DNA of 62,656 nucleotides, counting the filler. It is 5 parts of 5 records of this genome, joined end to end, with 100 filler letters (N's around TTAATTAATTAA, not from the genome) between each part and the next. Parts side by side here need not be neighbours in the genome. Positions count along the whole stretch, not along the records: positions 43,892 to 56,965 come from SRR20825010_3791; positions 57,066 to 62,656 come from SRR20825010_3802; 3 more parts are not named here. The stretch is one strand, 5' to 3'. The stretch's first letter is position 1; every line of letters begins with the position of its first letter. The notes under the pieces are model-generated. The model did not search any database. It saw only the letters and a program-made list of their open reading frames with translations, and was not told the origin of the DNA. Both the position numbers and the translations under genes were made by a program. Shown here piece by piece: positions 51,160-61,331 of this stretch.

Positions 51160-54100
51160 TCACCCTTTTCGAGAAGGATGGTTGGATTCGGTTCGCGTCG
51201 GTGGCTTGTGAACCTTCAACACCGGTGTGTCCTCCGTCACCACGATCCCTTCGGTGGGGCGTTCGGGTTGGACGGCATCGAGCGACGTTGGGGACCCAGC
51301 GGTCACCGATTGTCCGGGATCAAACGCGGGCTTTCCCAAATGGTCATGCCGTGGTTTGAAGACCTTTCCGAGAGGTCCTGCCAGCAACGCCGGCAAGAGG
51401 ATCAAGTCACCGATCAACGCGGCGGCCAACATCACCAACATCAACGTTCCAAAACGTTGGGTCGGAGTGAACGTGGACATAGCGAAAATGAACAGCCCCA
51501 ACCCGCCGACGATGGTGGTTTGAGTCATTGCGGGGCCGACGCGTCGGTACGTTTCGATCACCGCTTCCTTTCGGGATTTGCCTTCCTCGAGGAATTGACG
51601 GAACCACGTCAGGAAGTGAATCGTGTCGTCGACTGCGACTCCCATCGCGACGCTGGCGGTCATCATGGTTCCGATGTCCACGGCGGTTCTCAGGTGTCCC
51701 ATGACTCCGAATACCAGCAACACTGGGAACACGTTTGGAATCATCGAAACCGCACCAGCGGCAAAACCAGCTCGCAAGTTGGACGGTGCCAACCATTGGC
51801 CAGGGAAAGATCCGGGGTTGAGCAACACGATCATCACAAAACCGATCAGCACAAATGCGAGCAGGATCGATTCCACCAAACTGCCCAGCAACGTCCTTTG
51901 AGCTTTGTAGACAACCGGCACGACACCGGTGTAGATGACCTGTGGCGTGGCCGGTTCATCGAGCTCGAAAACAGGCAAGCGATTGGGTTGTCCGTCGGCG
52001 ACTTTGTCGAGCGAAAGGATGTGCTTTGGAATTTGCCGCGAGATCACTTCCATGGCCGAGATCAAACGTTCCGCTCCGCCAGCAAATGATTCAACAGGCT
52101 CCGTCGCGGCGACCGCCTTCGAAGTCGAAGCCTGGAAACTTAACCCAGCCAAGTCGATGACCACATCCGCGGCCGCGATTCGGCGGTCCCAATTTTCATC
52201 GGTCGGTTTCGCGATTGCATCTTCGGCATCTGGATCGATCCAGCTTTGACGGATGCGTTCATTGCCCAACAGTTCACGCAACGTCGACAAGAAAATGGCA
52301 CGTTGGTCGACGACGCGTTCACCCGATACTTCATCAGTCGTGACCAAATTCGCGGAATCCAACTCCACGACGTTCTGTGCGCCGAGAACCAAAACCTTTG
52401 CCTTGGGAAGCTGCGTTCCGTCAGGTTGCTGCAATTCGCGGAGCAACTTCGCTCGCACCCGGTAGGCTTGCACAACAGGATCGACCGCGTCTTTCAACTC
52501 GTTGATGAACAATCCATAGTCGACGTCCGAAAGAGCGCTGACTCGCAGGCTAAGTCGCCACAGTTCGCTGTCTTTTAGCGGACCATTCTTTTCGATTTTG
52601 ACGTAGTCGCTGGTCAACAACTCGTCGCGAGATTCGTTCAGTCGGCTGTTGAATTGGGACCGCGTGTTGCTCCAACCGTTGCTGACATCCGGAAGTGGGG
52701 CGATGAAAGTATCCATGCTGGACGCTTGCCCAACTTTTGCGATGCCTTCTTCTCCGAGGGATCGCGTGACGACCTTGCGAATCCGTGCGACGGCCTCGAT
52801 ACGTTCCAGCAAGCTCAGCGAAATCGGATCGGACAAGCGATCTTGGTCGTCGCCTTCCTCTTCAGTCGATGCGGACGCCAGGCGTTCGGGCCGTTGAATT
52901 TCGGGGGGCATTCGGACGACAATTTCCATCGGCACCAGATTGCCAAAGTGATCTTCCAACCAAGCGTAATCGCGAAGGATGCGGGCCTGGGGATCAAACA
53001 ACTTGAGCAATTGCACCGATGTGGTGATCTTGAACAAGCCCAGCGATGCGATCGCCAATCCGACGATGCAAGCGATACTGACAATCGCATGATTCCCGGT
53101 GATCCAACGTCCGACTCCAGCCCACCAAGCAGCTAATTCCAACTCACCCGATACGGCACCTTTCGTCGGTGTCGATCCAGATCCGGTGTCGACGGTTGCT
53201 TCCGTTTTTCGTTTTTCGGCGGCGAGTCGCTTGCGTTCTTCGGCTTTGTCTTGGCCGAATTGTGGCGAGAACGTTTCCAGTGCGGCGGGCAAATAACTGA
53301 ACAAAACGCCCAGCGTCGAGATCACGCCGATCGCGGAATACAAACCGAAGTTGCTGATCGGTTTGAGGTTGCTGGTGAACAGCGACGCCAGTCCGATCGC
53401 GGTGGTGAGTGCGGCCAGCGTACACGGCAGTGCAGCGTGCTTGAGCGCGCGGGTTGCCGCCCCACGTCTGCCTCGAAAACGAACTTCGTCACGGTAGTAA
53501 TTGATGACGTGAATCGATCCGGACAACCCCAGCACATAAACCAGCGAAGGCATCGACATCAAAATTGCGTCGACGCGGCCGCCCGTCCAACCCACCATCG
53601 ACATGCTGAGCATCGCGGCGGAACCGCCGACGACGAACAACATGATGGTGACTTTGAAGCTGCGGAAGCAGAAATATGAAAGCAGCACACCGACCAAGAT
53701 GCAGTAACCGACCAAGCGAACCAGCGTGATGGTGCCTTCTTCGTCGATCGCGATGTTGTCAATCGGTGGACCGCCCATTCGCAGAGGTGGCATGCCTCCG
53801 ATGGATTCCGGCGGTTCGCGATTGAACGGCGGTGGCGCGCTGCTGGGCGGCAACGGTGGCTGGATGCCTGATTGCTGAGCCAGTTGCAGCAATCGACCTT
53901 GCGGAGTCCCAAGTGTGCCACGTCCAACGGCGAACGCGAGATTGTCCTTTGCCAGATCAGTCAGCGTTACCAACAAACACGTCAATCGTGGTGGCGGTTC
54001 GACGCCCAATGCATCGTAGACGGCGTACCAAGCGTCCGTTTGCGTTTGCGTCAGCGAGGTCGCAAGTTTTTCGCGGTCACCATCGAGACGTTCGACAACG

Positions 54101-55068
54101 AAGGTTTCGAGGGCACGCTCGATTGTTTCCGGTGCGTCCGCTGGTAAGCCCGAGCGGCTTTCTTCGGGAAGCTTTTCAATGAAAGATTCAGCGGTCCAGT
54201 CAAACTCGTGCGGTACCGCGGGGGCGAACAGTGTTCCCGTCAAACGTTCCATTGCCAGTCGTTTGGCAACGATTGGCTTTTTGGTCACGTCGGTCAAATC
54301 GATCGGCCACAGCGGCCCACCCTCGGCGGCCAACTGTTCGGCGATTGTGGCTCCCGTTTGAACGGTTTGAAACAACGGAGCGCACAACAACATCGGGTCG
54401 TTGTAAAACGGGTTGATCCGTTCCGTGGTCGATGGCTCGCCAAATGCCGTTACGAATTGACCCTTCAATTCGTATTCGCCGATGGATTTGTTGAACTTGC
54501 GGACCAAAGCGGCCGGCCCGTTCATCGATTCTTCCCACCGGAACAATTTGCCGTCTGGTTTGATGTAGTACCAAGTCCCATCGGCCGATGCCAACCACTT
54601 CTCGTCTTCGCCACCCCAGTTGGTTAAGTCTTGACCGGGAGGCAAAAGTTCCAGCTCTTCGCCCAGTTCACGCGCACGCACGCGCGTTTGAACTTCCGCC
54701 AGTGACAGAGCGTTCTCACCCCATGCTTCGTCTGCCGCGAGCTGTTCGCGGTAGTTGGCTGATTCGTGCAGCAGTTTGTCTTCGAACAATCGCAATCGCT
54801 GGTCGCCGACGTTGCATCCTTCCCAGGTCAACAGAACAAAACTTTCACCGGCAAAGTGATCCGCGAACCAGTCCAATTCCGCCGTTTCCGGAAAATCGCT
54901 GGGCAACCAATCTTTGACGTCGTTCTCTTTGTTCTTCAAACCCATGCGGGCGGCGCGGAACGCCGAGGGCATGAAAAAGAAGAATCCCATGAGGATCAAC
55001 AAAGCCACGGTCAGTCCCCACGGGCCAGGCCGCTCCAGGAACGACGGCTTGGTTGAATCTGCGGTCAT
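51160..55068 (-). CDS. Large MMPL/RND-family transporter (1302 aa)
   Basis: AMGVAVDDTIHFL, GDLILLPALL; paralog of the adjacent gene with much larger periplasmic loops. Confidence 0.88.
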   Translation of the reverse strand: MTADSTKPSFLERPGPWGLTVALLILMGFFFFMPSAFRAARMGLKNKENDVKDWLPSDFPETAELDWFADHFAGESFVLLTWEGCNVGDQRLRLFEDKLLHESANYREQLAADEAWGENALSLAEVQTRVRARELGEELELLPPGQDLTNWGGEDEKWLASADGTWYYIKPDGKLFRWEESMNGPAALVRKFNKSIGEYELKGQFVTAFGEPSTTERINPFYNDPMLLCAPLFQTVQTGATIAEQLAAEGGPLWPIDLTDVTKKPIVAKRLAMERLTGTLFAPAVPHEFDWTAESFIEKLPEESRSGLPADAPETIERALETFVVERLDGDREKLATSLTQTQTDAWYAVYDALGVEPPPRLTCLLVTLTDLAKDNLAFAVGRGTLGTPQGRLLQLAQQSGIQPPLPPSSAPPPFNREPPESIGGMPPLRMGGPPIDNIAIDEEGTITLVRLVGYCILVGVLLSYFCFRSFKVTIMLFVVGGSAAMLSMSMVGWTGGRVDAILMSMPSLVYVLGLSGSIHVINYYRDEVRFRGRRGAATRALKHAALPCTLAALTTAIGLASLFTSNLKPISNFGLYSAIGVISTLGVLFSYLPAALETFSPQFGQDKAEERKRLAAEKRKTEATVDTGSGSTPTKGAVSGELELAAWWAGVGRWITGNHAIVSIACIVGLAIASLGLFKITTSVQLLKLFDPQARILRDYAWLEDHFGNLVPMEIVVRMPPEIQRPERLASASTEEEGDDQDRLSDPISLSLLERIEAVARIRKVVTRSLGEEGIAKVGQASSMDTFIAPLPDVSNGWSNTRSQFNSRLNESRDELLTSDYVKIEKNGPLKDSELWRLSLRVSALSDVDYGLFINELKDAVDPVVQAYRVRAKLLRELQQPDGTQLPKAKVLVLGAQNVVELDSANLVTTDEVSGERVVDQRAIFLSTLRELLGNERIRQSWIDPDAEDAIAKPTDENWDRRIAAADVVIDLAGLSFQASTSKAVAATEPVESFAGGAERLISAMEVISRQIPKHILSLDKVADGQPNRLPVFELDEPATPQVIYTGVVPVVYKAQRTLLGSLVESILLAFVLIGFVMIVLLNPGSFPGQWLAPSNLRAGFAAGAVSMIPNVFPVLLVFGVMGHLRTAVDIGTMMTASVAMGVAVDDTIHFLTWFRQFLEEGKSRKEAVIETYRRVGPAMTQTTIVGGLGLFIFAMSTFTPTQRFGTLMLVMLAAALIGDLILLPALLAGPLGKVFKPRHDHLGKPAFDPGQSVTAGSPTSLDAVQPERPTEGIVVTEDTPVLKVHKPPTRTESNHPSRKG

Positions 55069-55648
55069 CGAGGATTCCGAAAGTGAGAAGAATGAGTCCG
55101 GTCGAGACGGGGGCGATTGGACAAGGTTGAATGCGTGATCGAGATGAGTATCAGGCCCGATGTCCCGTCAATTTCGTTCGGCCATGGGCGACCAATCCGC
55201 CGCCAATCACCGAGACAGCAGTAAGCTATCGAGGGATTGGCGGAAGGTCCACGTCAATGCGATTGTCCGATCCAAACGTTTCGATTGTTGTGAGCCAAAT
55301 GAGAGGGTTAGAAAAGCTGGGAAGTTTCTGACCCAAAACAAGCGACCAAGCCAGACTTCCGACTCGAAATCCGACAGCGACGGTTTGCCCCACCCCCACA
55401 AAACGAACCGAATGCAGTCTAATTATCAGAACAGCCTAATCGGCGGAGCAGTTCGAACCAGAGCGTGAGAAATGTGTTTTCCACCAACCCGAGCCGCGAA
55501 GGTGGATCCGGATGGGGACGGTGAAGAACACGACCCGCCTGTCGAGCACGTTTGGGTTCGCATTTTGCAGCCTTTCCGTCGATGAATGCCGTCTCGTTCG
55601 CATCCCCGCGAATCACACTTGTCTATTCGAAACCCACGAAGTGAATTG

Positions 55649-56722
55649 ATGTCTGAATCTCTCCAGTCCCTGATCGACTCCGGAACAAAGCTGTACTTGG
55701 ATTCGGTTGAGCCATCCGAAATTGACCAGAACCTCAAGTGGGGGGCCGTCGGCGCCACCAGCAACCCCGCCATCATTTCGGGCATCGTGAAGGCGGGCGG
55801 TTTTGACGATCGCATTGACGCGCTGCTGAGCGAAGGTCACGACGACGAAGCCATCGCATGGGCTTTGACGGATGAGTTGGTGTCTGACGCGGAAAAGAAA
55901 TTCGCCTCGATTCACGAATCCACCGGCGGCAACGCTGGTTGGGTCAGCTTCGAACTCGATCCGATCTTAGAAGACCCCGACCAAAACCTCTCCGCATCCG
56001 ACATTGCCAGCCGCTACATCGAGTTGGGCAAGCAGTGGAACGCCGGTCACACCAACCGAATGATCAAGGTTCCCGCGACGGAAGCTGGTTTGTTGGCATT
56101 GGAAGAATTGGCCGCCGCCGGAATCACTTTGAACGTGACGTTGATGTTCACCGCCGACCAATACCACGCTGCTCGCGAAGCCATTTGGAAGGGTGCCCAG
56201 CGTGCAGCCGAATCGGGAGTGCGATCACTGGATCAATTCAAATCCGTGTACAGCATTTTCATCTCGCGAATTGATGTCTACACGCAAAAGGAATTGCCAA
56301 ACCTGTCAGCTGACGCGCAAGGCCAAGTGGGCATCTTGAACGCCAAGCGAATTTGGAAAGAGAACCAGGAGTTCTGGGCGGACAAAAACCTGAAGCTGGA
56401 ACAAGAATTGATCTTCGCCAGCACGGGAACCAAGAGCAAAAATGACCCAGCTTGGAAGTATGTCGCCGCTTTGGCCGGCAGCGATATTCAAACCAACCCA
56501 CCGGCGACCAACGAAGCCGTCGATGCGAGCGGAAAGAAATTCACCAGCGAAGTGGCCGACATGCCATCACAAGCGGTCCAAGATGAAATTGATGCCGCGT
56601 TGGACATCAAGGCGATGCACAAGTTCCTGATGGATGAAGGCGTCGACAAGTTCGTCAAGCCACAGCGAGAACTGTTGGCGATCATCTCCGCCAAACGCGA
56701 AGAACTGACGAAGCAGGCCTAG
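55649..56722 (+). CDS. tal: Transaldolase
   Basis: [39 protein letters not shown]. Confidence 0.9.
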   Translation: MSESLQSLIDSGTKLYLDSVEPSEIDQNLKWGAVGATSNPAIISGIVKAGGFDDRIDALLSEGHDDEAIAWALTDELVSDAEKKFASIHESTGGNAGWVSFELDPILEDPDQNLSASDIASRYIELGKQWNAGHTNRMIKVPATEAGLLALEELAAAGITLNVTLMFTADQYHAAREAIWKGAQRAAESGVRSLDQFKSVYSIFISRIDVYTQKELPNLSADAQGQVGILNAKRIWKENQEFWADKNLKLEQELIFASTGTKSKNDPAWKYVAALAGSDIQTNPPATNEAVDASGKKFTSEVADMPSQAVQDEIDAALDIKAMHKFLMDEGVDKFVKPQRELLAIISAKREELTKQA

Positions 56723-56760
56723 TCGTCGAGCAAGAGCTCTCAGGCAACAGTTTGAAATGC

Positions 56761-56790
56761 AATCAGCCGCGGCAAATGCCGCGGCTGATT
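56761..56790 (+). terminator. Hairpin downstream of tal
   Basis: Perfect 13-bp stem AATCAGCCGCGGC-AAAT-GCCGCGGCTGATT; weak U-tract. Confidence 0.65.
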
Positions 56791-56860
56791 TGCTATGTGT
56801 CCTGAACCGTCTGAGGATCGATCGGCGATTCACGAGCCAACGAATCTGGGCTCCCCACAA

Positions 56861-56953
56861 ACCGGAGGGCTCGCGCCCTGCCGCTAAGTTTGGTACCGGA
56901 GGGCTCGTGCGCTGCGGCTGAAGTTGGTAGCGGAACGGCGCAAGCCGTCCGGT
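56861..56953. repeat. Cluster of three 26-bp REP-like units (two direct, one inverted)
   Basis: ACCGGAGGGCTCGCGCCCTGCCGCTA (56861), ACCGGAGGGCTCGTGCGCTGCGGCTG (56895), and inverted ACCGGACGGCTTGCGCCGTTCCGCTA (56928-56953). Confidence 0.75.
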
Positions 56954-56965
56954 GTCACGCTGGGC

Positions 56966-57065
56966 NNNNNNNNNNNNNNNNNNNNNNNNNNNNNNNNNNN
57001 NNNNNNNNNTTAATTAATTAANNNNNNNNNNNNNNNNNNNNNNNNNNNNNNNNNNNNNNNNNNNN
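56966..57065. other. Artificial contig spacer
   Basis: N44-TTAATTAATTAA-N44. Confidence 0.98.
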
Positions 57066-58182
57066 GGACAGCGTGGAGCGCCTGCTCAAGGACCAGTACG
57101 GTTTCGAGGCGCGCGGCAAGTACCGCGCAGGCGACACCGGTTTCAGCGAGAAGATGTGGAACCAGTATGCTGAACTGGGCCTGCTGGCGCTGCCGTTCGC
57201 CGAGGAAGACGGCGGCATCGGCGGCGGCGCCACCGAAACCATGATCGTGATGGAAGCGTTCGGAAAGGCGCTGATCCTGGAGCCGTATTTTTCCAGCGTG
57301 ATCCTGGCCGGCGGCGTGCTTCGCCATGCCGGCAGCGCGGGGCAGAAGTCCGCTCTGATCCCGGGCATTGCCGATGGCAGCCTGAGGATGGCACTGGCCT
57401 GTGCCGAACCGCAGGGCCGCTATGATTTGTTCGATGTCGAAACATCTGCGAAAAAGGATGGTGACGGCTGGGTGATCGACGGCAAGAAGGCGCTGGTGCT
57501 GCATGGCGACAGCGCCGGCAAGATCATTGTCTCGGCCCGCACCTCCGGCGGTTCACGCGAGGAAGACGGCATCTCGCTGTTCCTGGTCGACGGCAATGCC
57601 GAGGGTGTCTCGCGTCATGGCTATCCGACCCAGGACGGCTTGCGCGCCGCAGAAATCACGCTGCAATCGGTCAAGGTTGGCGCGGACGCGCTGATCGGCA
57701 GCGAGGGCGGCGCCTGGCCGGTGATCTCGCGCGTCGCCGACGAAGCTGTTGCAGCACTTTGCGCCGAGGCCGTCGGATGCTTCGAGAAGATGCACGAGCT
57801 GACGCTCGAGTACCTGAAGACCCGCAGCCAGTTCGGCACCACCATCGGCTCCTTCCAGGCGCTGCAGCATCGTGCGGTCGACATGTTCGTCGAACTGGAG
57901 CAATCGCGATCGATGACCATGTACGCCAGCATGCTTGCGACCGGGGACGACGCGGTGGAACGTGCGCGTGCGGTGTCGGCGGCCAAGGTGCAGATCGGCG
58001 AATCCGCCAGGATCATCGGCCGCGAGGCGATCCAGCTGCATGGCGGCGTCGGCATGACGATGGAGTATGCGATCGGCCACTACTTCAAGCGTACAACCAT
58101 GATCGACATCCTGTTCGGCGACGCCAACCACCACCTCAAGCGTCTTGCCCGGATGGACGGCCTGATCCGCGAAGACGCCTGA
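57066..58182 (+). CDS. Acyl-CoA dehydrogenase, PimD-like small subunit (5' end truncated)
   Basis: TRSQFGTTIGSFQALQHR, IQLHGGVGMTMEY, HYFKR; C-terminal LFGD without a catalytic Glu. Confidence 0.88.
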
Positions 58183-58204
58183 AACCGGAAGGGAGAACCG
58201 CGCC

Positions 58205-58975
58205 ATGCCCCCTGCTCTGCCCTACTCGCTTGACGGCAAAATTGCCGTCATCACCGGATCGAGCCGCGGCATCGGCCGCGCGACCGCTGAAATCATGGCG
58301 CGGCTCGGCGCCAAGGTGGTCATTTCCAGCCGCAAGGCGGAAGTCTGCGAGCCGGTTGCCGAAGCCATCCGGGCCGAGGGCGGCGAGGCCGCTGTGATTG
58401 CCTGCAACATCTCGCGCAAGGACGAGGTCGAAGGCCTGATCGCGGGTACCGAGAAGCTCTACGGCGCGCCGGATATCCTGGTCTGCAACGCCGCGGTAAA
58501 CCCGGCCTACGGACCGCTTGCGGATTTGTCCGACGAAGCCTTCGACAAGATCATGGGCTCGAACGTCAAGAGCAACCTGTGGCTCTGCAACCGGGTGATC
58601 CCGGCAATGAGAGCCAAGGGAGGCGGCGCCATCGTCATCATCTCCTCGATCGCCGGGATGCAGGGTAACGCGGTGATCGGCGGCTACGGAATATCCAAGG
58701 CGGCCGACTTCGCGCTGGCGCGCAACCTCGCCGTCGAGCACGGCGTCGACAATGTCCGCATCAATTGCATTGCGCCCGGCCTGGTCAAGACCGATTTCGC
58801 CCGCGCGCTGTGGGAGGACGAGGAAATGCTCAAGAAGCGTACCAGAACGACGCCGCTCAGGCGGATCGGTCTGCCCGAGGAAATCGGTCCGGTGGCAGCG
58901 TTTCTGGCGTCGCCGGCGGCAAGCTTCATCACCGGACAGGTGATCGTCGCCGATGGCGGCGTCACGATCGCCTGA
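58205..58975 (+). CDS. Short-chain dehydrogenase/reductase
   Basis: TGSSRGIG, CNAA, YGISKAA, NCIAPG. Confidence 0.92.
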   Translation: MPPALPYSLDGKIAVITGSSRGIGRATAEIMARLGAKVVISSRKAEVCEPVAEAIRAEGGEAAVIACNISRKDEVEGLIAGTEKLYGAPDILVCNAAVNPAYGPLADLSDEAFDKIMGSNVKSNLWLCNRVIPAMRAKGGGAIVIISSIAGMQGNAVIGGYGISKAADFALARNLAVEHGVDNVRINCIAPGLVKTDFARALWEDEEMLKKRTRTTPLRRIGLPEEIGPVAAFLASPAASFITGQVIVADGGVTIA

Positions 58976-59104
58976 TTCATGTCACGTTCCGCTGGTTTGA
59001 TCCGATCCGGAACGCTACTTCGCACTTCAACGGCTCCGCAGCGCCCGATCTGCATTTGATGCAACGCGCTGAGGCATGCCCCCGCACCAAAACGGAGAAA
59101 CATC

Positions 59105-60145
59105 ATGTCTGACCATATGCAGAGGATCGTCCTGGCCAAGCGCCCCGAAGGCCAGCCGGGACCGGACAGTTTCCGCCTGGAGACGGTTGCGATGCCTTCT
59201 CCGGGCGAGGGCGAGGTGCTGCTGAAGGTCCTCTACATGTCGCTCGACCCCTACATGCGCGGTCGGATGGACGATGCGAAATCCTATTCGACGCCGGTTA
59301 AGATCGACGAGCAGATGGGGGGCGGCGCGGTTGGCGAGGTCATCGAAAGCCGGTCACCGCACTTCAAGCCCGGCGACATCGCCATGGGCATGTTCGGCTG
59401 GGGCAGCCACGGCATCGTCAAGGCCAGGGAACTGCGCAAGATCGATCCCGAGGTCGCCCCGATCTCCACCTCGCTCGGCGTGCTCGGCATGCCCGGCTTC
59501 ACCGGATGGTACGGGTTCAACGTGATCGGCCAGCCGAAGGCGGGCGAGACGCTGGTCGTTGGTGCTGCCACCGGCCCGGTCGGCTCCATGGTCGGGCAAC
59601 TGGCGAAGCAGAAGGGCCTGCGCGCGGTCGGTGTCGCCGGCGGAGCGGACAAATGCGCCTTTGCGGTCAAGGAACTCGGCTTCGATGCCTGCATCGATCA
59701 CCGCGCCGCGAGTGACGCAAAGGATCTGCGCAAGGCCCTCTCCGAGGCCTGCCCCGACGGCATCGACATCTATTTCGAGAACGTGGCTGGCATCACGCTC
59801 GATGCAGTACTGCCGATGATGAATGTCGGCGGCCGGATCCCGCTTTGCGGCATGATCGCCTGGTACAATTCCGGCGCGCTTGGCGCGGGTCAGACTGGGG
59901 GGCCGGACCGTTTGCCGAAAGCCTGGCGGACGATCCTCGTCAACCGGCTGACCGTGGGCGGCTTCATCATCTCGGATCATTTCGATCGCTTCGGCGATTT
60001 CCTCGCCGAGGTCGGACCGCTGGTCGGCAGCGGCAAGATCGTCTACCGCGAGGATGTGACCGAAGGCCTGGAAAATGCACCGGATGCCTTCATCCGCATG
60101 CTCGAGGGCAAGAATTTCGGCAAGACACTGGTCAAGGTCGCGTAA
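59105..60145 (+). CDS. NADP-dependent oxidoreductase (MDR, CurA/PTGR-like)
   Basis: SLDPYMRGRM, LGVLGMPG, AATGPVGS, DIYFENV, GKNFGK. Confidence 0.92.
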   Translation: MSDHMQRIVLAKRPEGQPGPDSFRLETVAMPSPGEGEVLLKVLYMSLDPYMRGRMDDAKSYSTPVKIDEQMGGGAVGEVIESRSPHFKPGDIAMGMFGWGSHGIVKARELRKIDPEVAPISTSLGVLGMPGFTGWYGFNVIGQPKAGETLVVGAATGPVGSMVGQLAKQKGLRAVGVAGGADKCAFAVKELGFDACIDHRAASDAKDLRKALSEACPDGIDIYFENVAGITLDAVLPMMNVGGRIPLCGMIAWYNSGALGAGQTGGPDRLPKAWRTILVNRLTVGGFIISDHFDRFGDFLAEVGPLVGSGKIVYREDVTEGLENAPDAFIRMLEGKNFGKTLVKVA

Positions 60146-60214
60146 GCGGACCGTTACGGTCTTCCATTGATCCGAGAAAATGCCGCCCGGATGCGCGATT
60201 GCCTCCGGGCGGTT

Positions 60215-60544
60215 TCAATGTGCCGTCGTACCCGACAGCAGGTTGAGCACCAGCACGCCGGCAACTATCAGGGCGATGCCGAGATAGGCGAACAGGTCCA
60301 GCTTCTGGCCAAACAGCACGATGCCGATCAGCGTGACCATCGCTACCCCGGCGCCTGCCCAGACGGCATAGGCAATGCCGACCGGAATGGTCTTGAGAAC
60401 GATCGACAGAAAATAGAACGAGATGGCGTAACCGACCACCGAGACGCCGCCATACCCCCACCTTGTGAACCCTTCGGAGGCTTTCAGCGCCGTGGTGGCG
60501 ATAACCTCACCGGTGATCGCGATGCCGAGAAACAGCCATGGCAT
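60215..60544 (-). CDS. SMR-family (EmrE/QacE-like) efflux protein
   Basis: [36 protein letters not shown]; four transmembrane segments. Confidence 0.92.
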   Translation of the reverse strand: MPWLFLGIAITGEVIATTALKASEGFTRWGYGGVSVVGYAISFYFLSIVLKTIPVGIAYAVWAGAGVAMVTLIGIVLFGQKLDLFAYLGIALIVAGVLVLNLLSGTTAH

Positions 60545-60545
60545 G

Positions 60546-61145
60546 TCACTGCCCTCCTTCGTGGGGGGAGTTGGCCGACATCGCCCCCGTTGCATCGAGA
60601 TCTTCAAGAAATGCCAGAATTTCCCGGCGCGCGGACGGGCTTGAATCCGGTCCGCCGCCAAGGTCGGACAGCCACAGACCGTCGGCTGCCAGACGCAGGG
60701 TACGGGCGAGCGGCGTCAGATCGGTTTTTGCGTGCCGCTGCAGGCGCGCCTCCACCCACTGGTTCCAGCGGGCGCAATAATGCGGGTCGGAACTCAGCAT
60801 CAGCATCAACACGGCGAGACGCCTTTCCTCGGGCACGGACATGTCGATGGCTGCGACGACCCGCAAATAGGCCTTCGAGAACCGTGCCGGTGCGGTTTCC
60901 TCGGGCTCTAGGGCGTCCTCCACCTGGCTGTCGAACCAATCCACCACCTCTTCGAACAGGCCGTCGATCAGCGCGTTCTTGCCGTGATAATGATGCAGCA
61001 AGCCGCCCTTGCTGACGGCAGCCTCGCGCGCGACGTTTTCCAGCGTCAAAGCCGAAAGCCCATCATCGACGATCAGCCGTGCCGCGCCTTCGATGAGCCT
61101 TGCACGCACGGCGTCCGGGTTGTTCTTGCGTTGAGGTCTGTTCAT
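60546..61145 (-). CDS. TetR-family regulator
   Basis: [34 protein letters not shown]-terminal motif. Confidence 0.92.
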   Translation of the reverse strand: MNRPQRKNNPDAVRARLIEGAARLIVDDGLSALTLENVAREAAVSKGGLLHHYHGKNALIDGLFEEVVDWFDSQVEDALEPEETAPARFSKAYLRVVAAIDMSVPEERRLAVLMLMLSSDPHYCARWNQWVEARLQRHAKTDLTPLARTLRLAADGLWLSDLGGGPDSSPSARREILAFLEDLDATGAMSANSPHEGGQ

Positions 61146-61151
61146 GGGCAA

Positions 61152-61180
61152 AACATACCGTCCAGACGGTTTTTTTACAA
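61152..61180 (-). promoter_or_regulatory. Sigma70-like promoter with TetR operator in the spacer
   Basis: Minus strand TTGTAA-N17-TATGTT; palindrome ACCGTC-CA-GACGGT at 61157-61170. Confidence 0.75.
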
Positions 61181-61300
61181 CAATAATCTGTACGTGTCAC
61201 AACGAACGGCACGCACCGCTTATTTATGGGATGATTATACGTCGGTTTCCGCGGTATTTCCGCCAAAACGCGCTTGACTCGGAACAATCGAGTTGGATAT

Positions 61301-61325
61301 TTCTTATTTGTCCAACAAATAGGAA
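61301..61325. promoter_or_regulatory. FadR/GntR-type operator
   Basis: TTCTTATTTGT-CCA-ACAAATAGGAA (10/11 dyad) just upstream of the GntR gene; TTGACT at 61274. Confidence 0.7.
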
Positions 61326-61331
61326 TAACCT

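Noticed and set aside
34804-55068. One hopanoid/lipid gene cluster linking the prenyltransferase and the MMPLs
   Set aside because: They are on different contigs separated by an artificial spacer, so adjacency is meaningless
55069-55648. ncRNA or riboswitch in the 580-bp MMPL-tal intergenic region
   Set aside because: No recognisable family motif or convincing ORF by eye; needs an Rfam/Infernal search
56861-56953. CRISPR array
   Set aside because: Only three degenerate units, 7-8 nt spacers, one unit inverted, no cas genes
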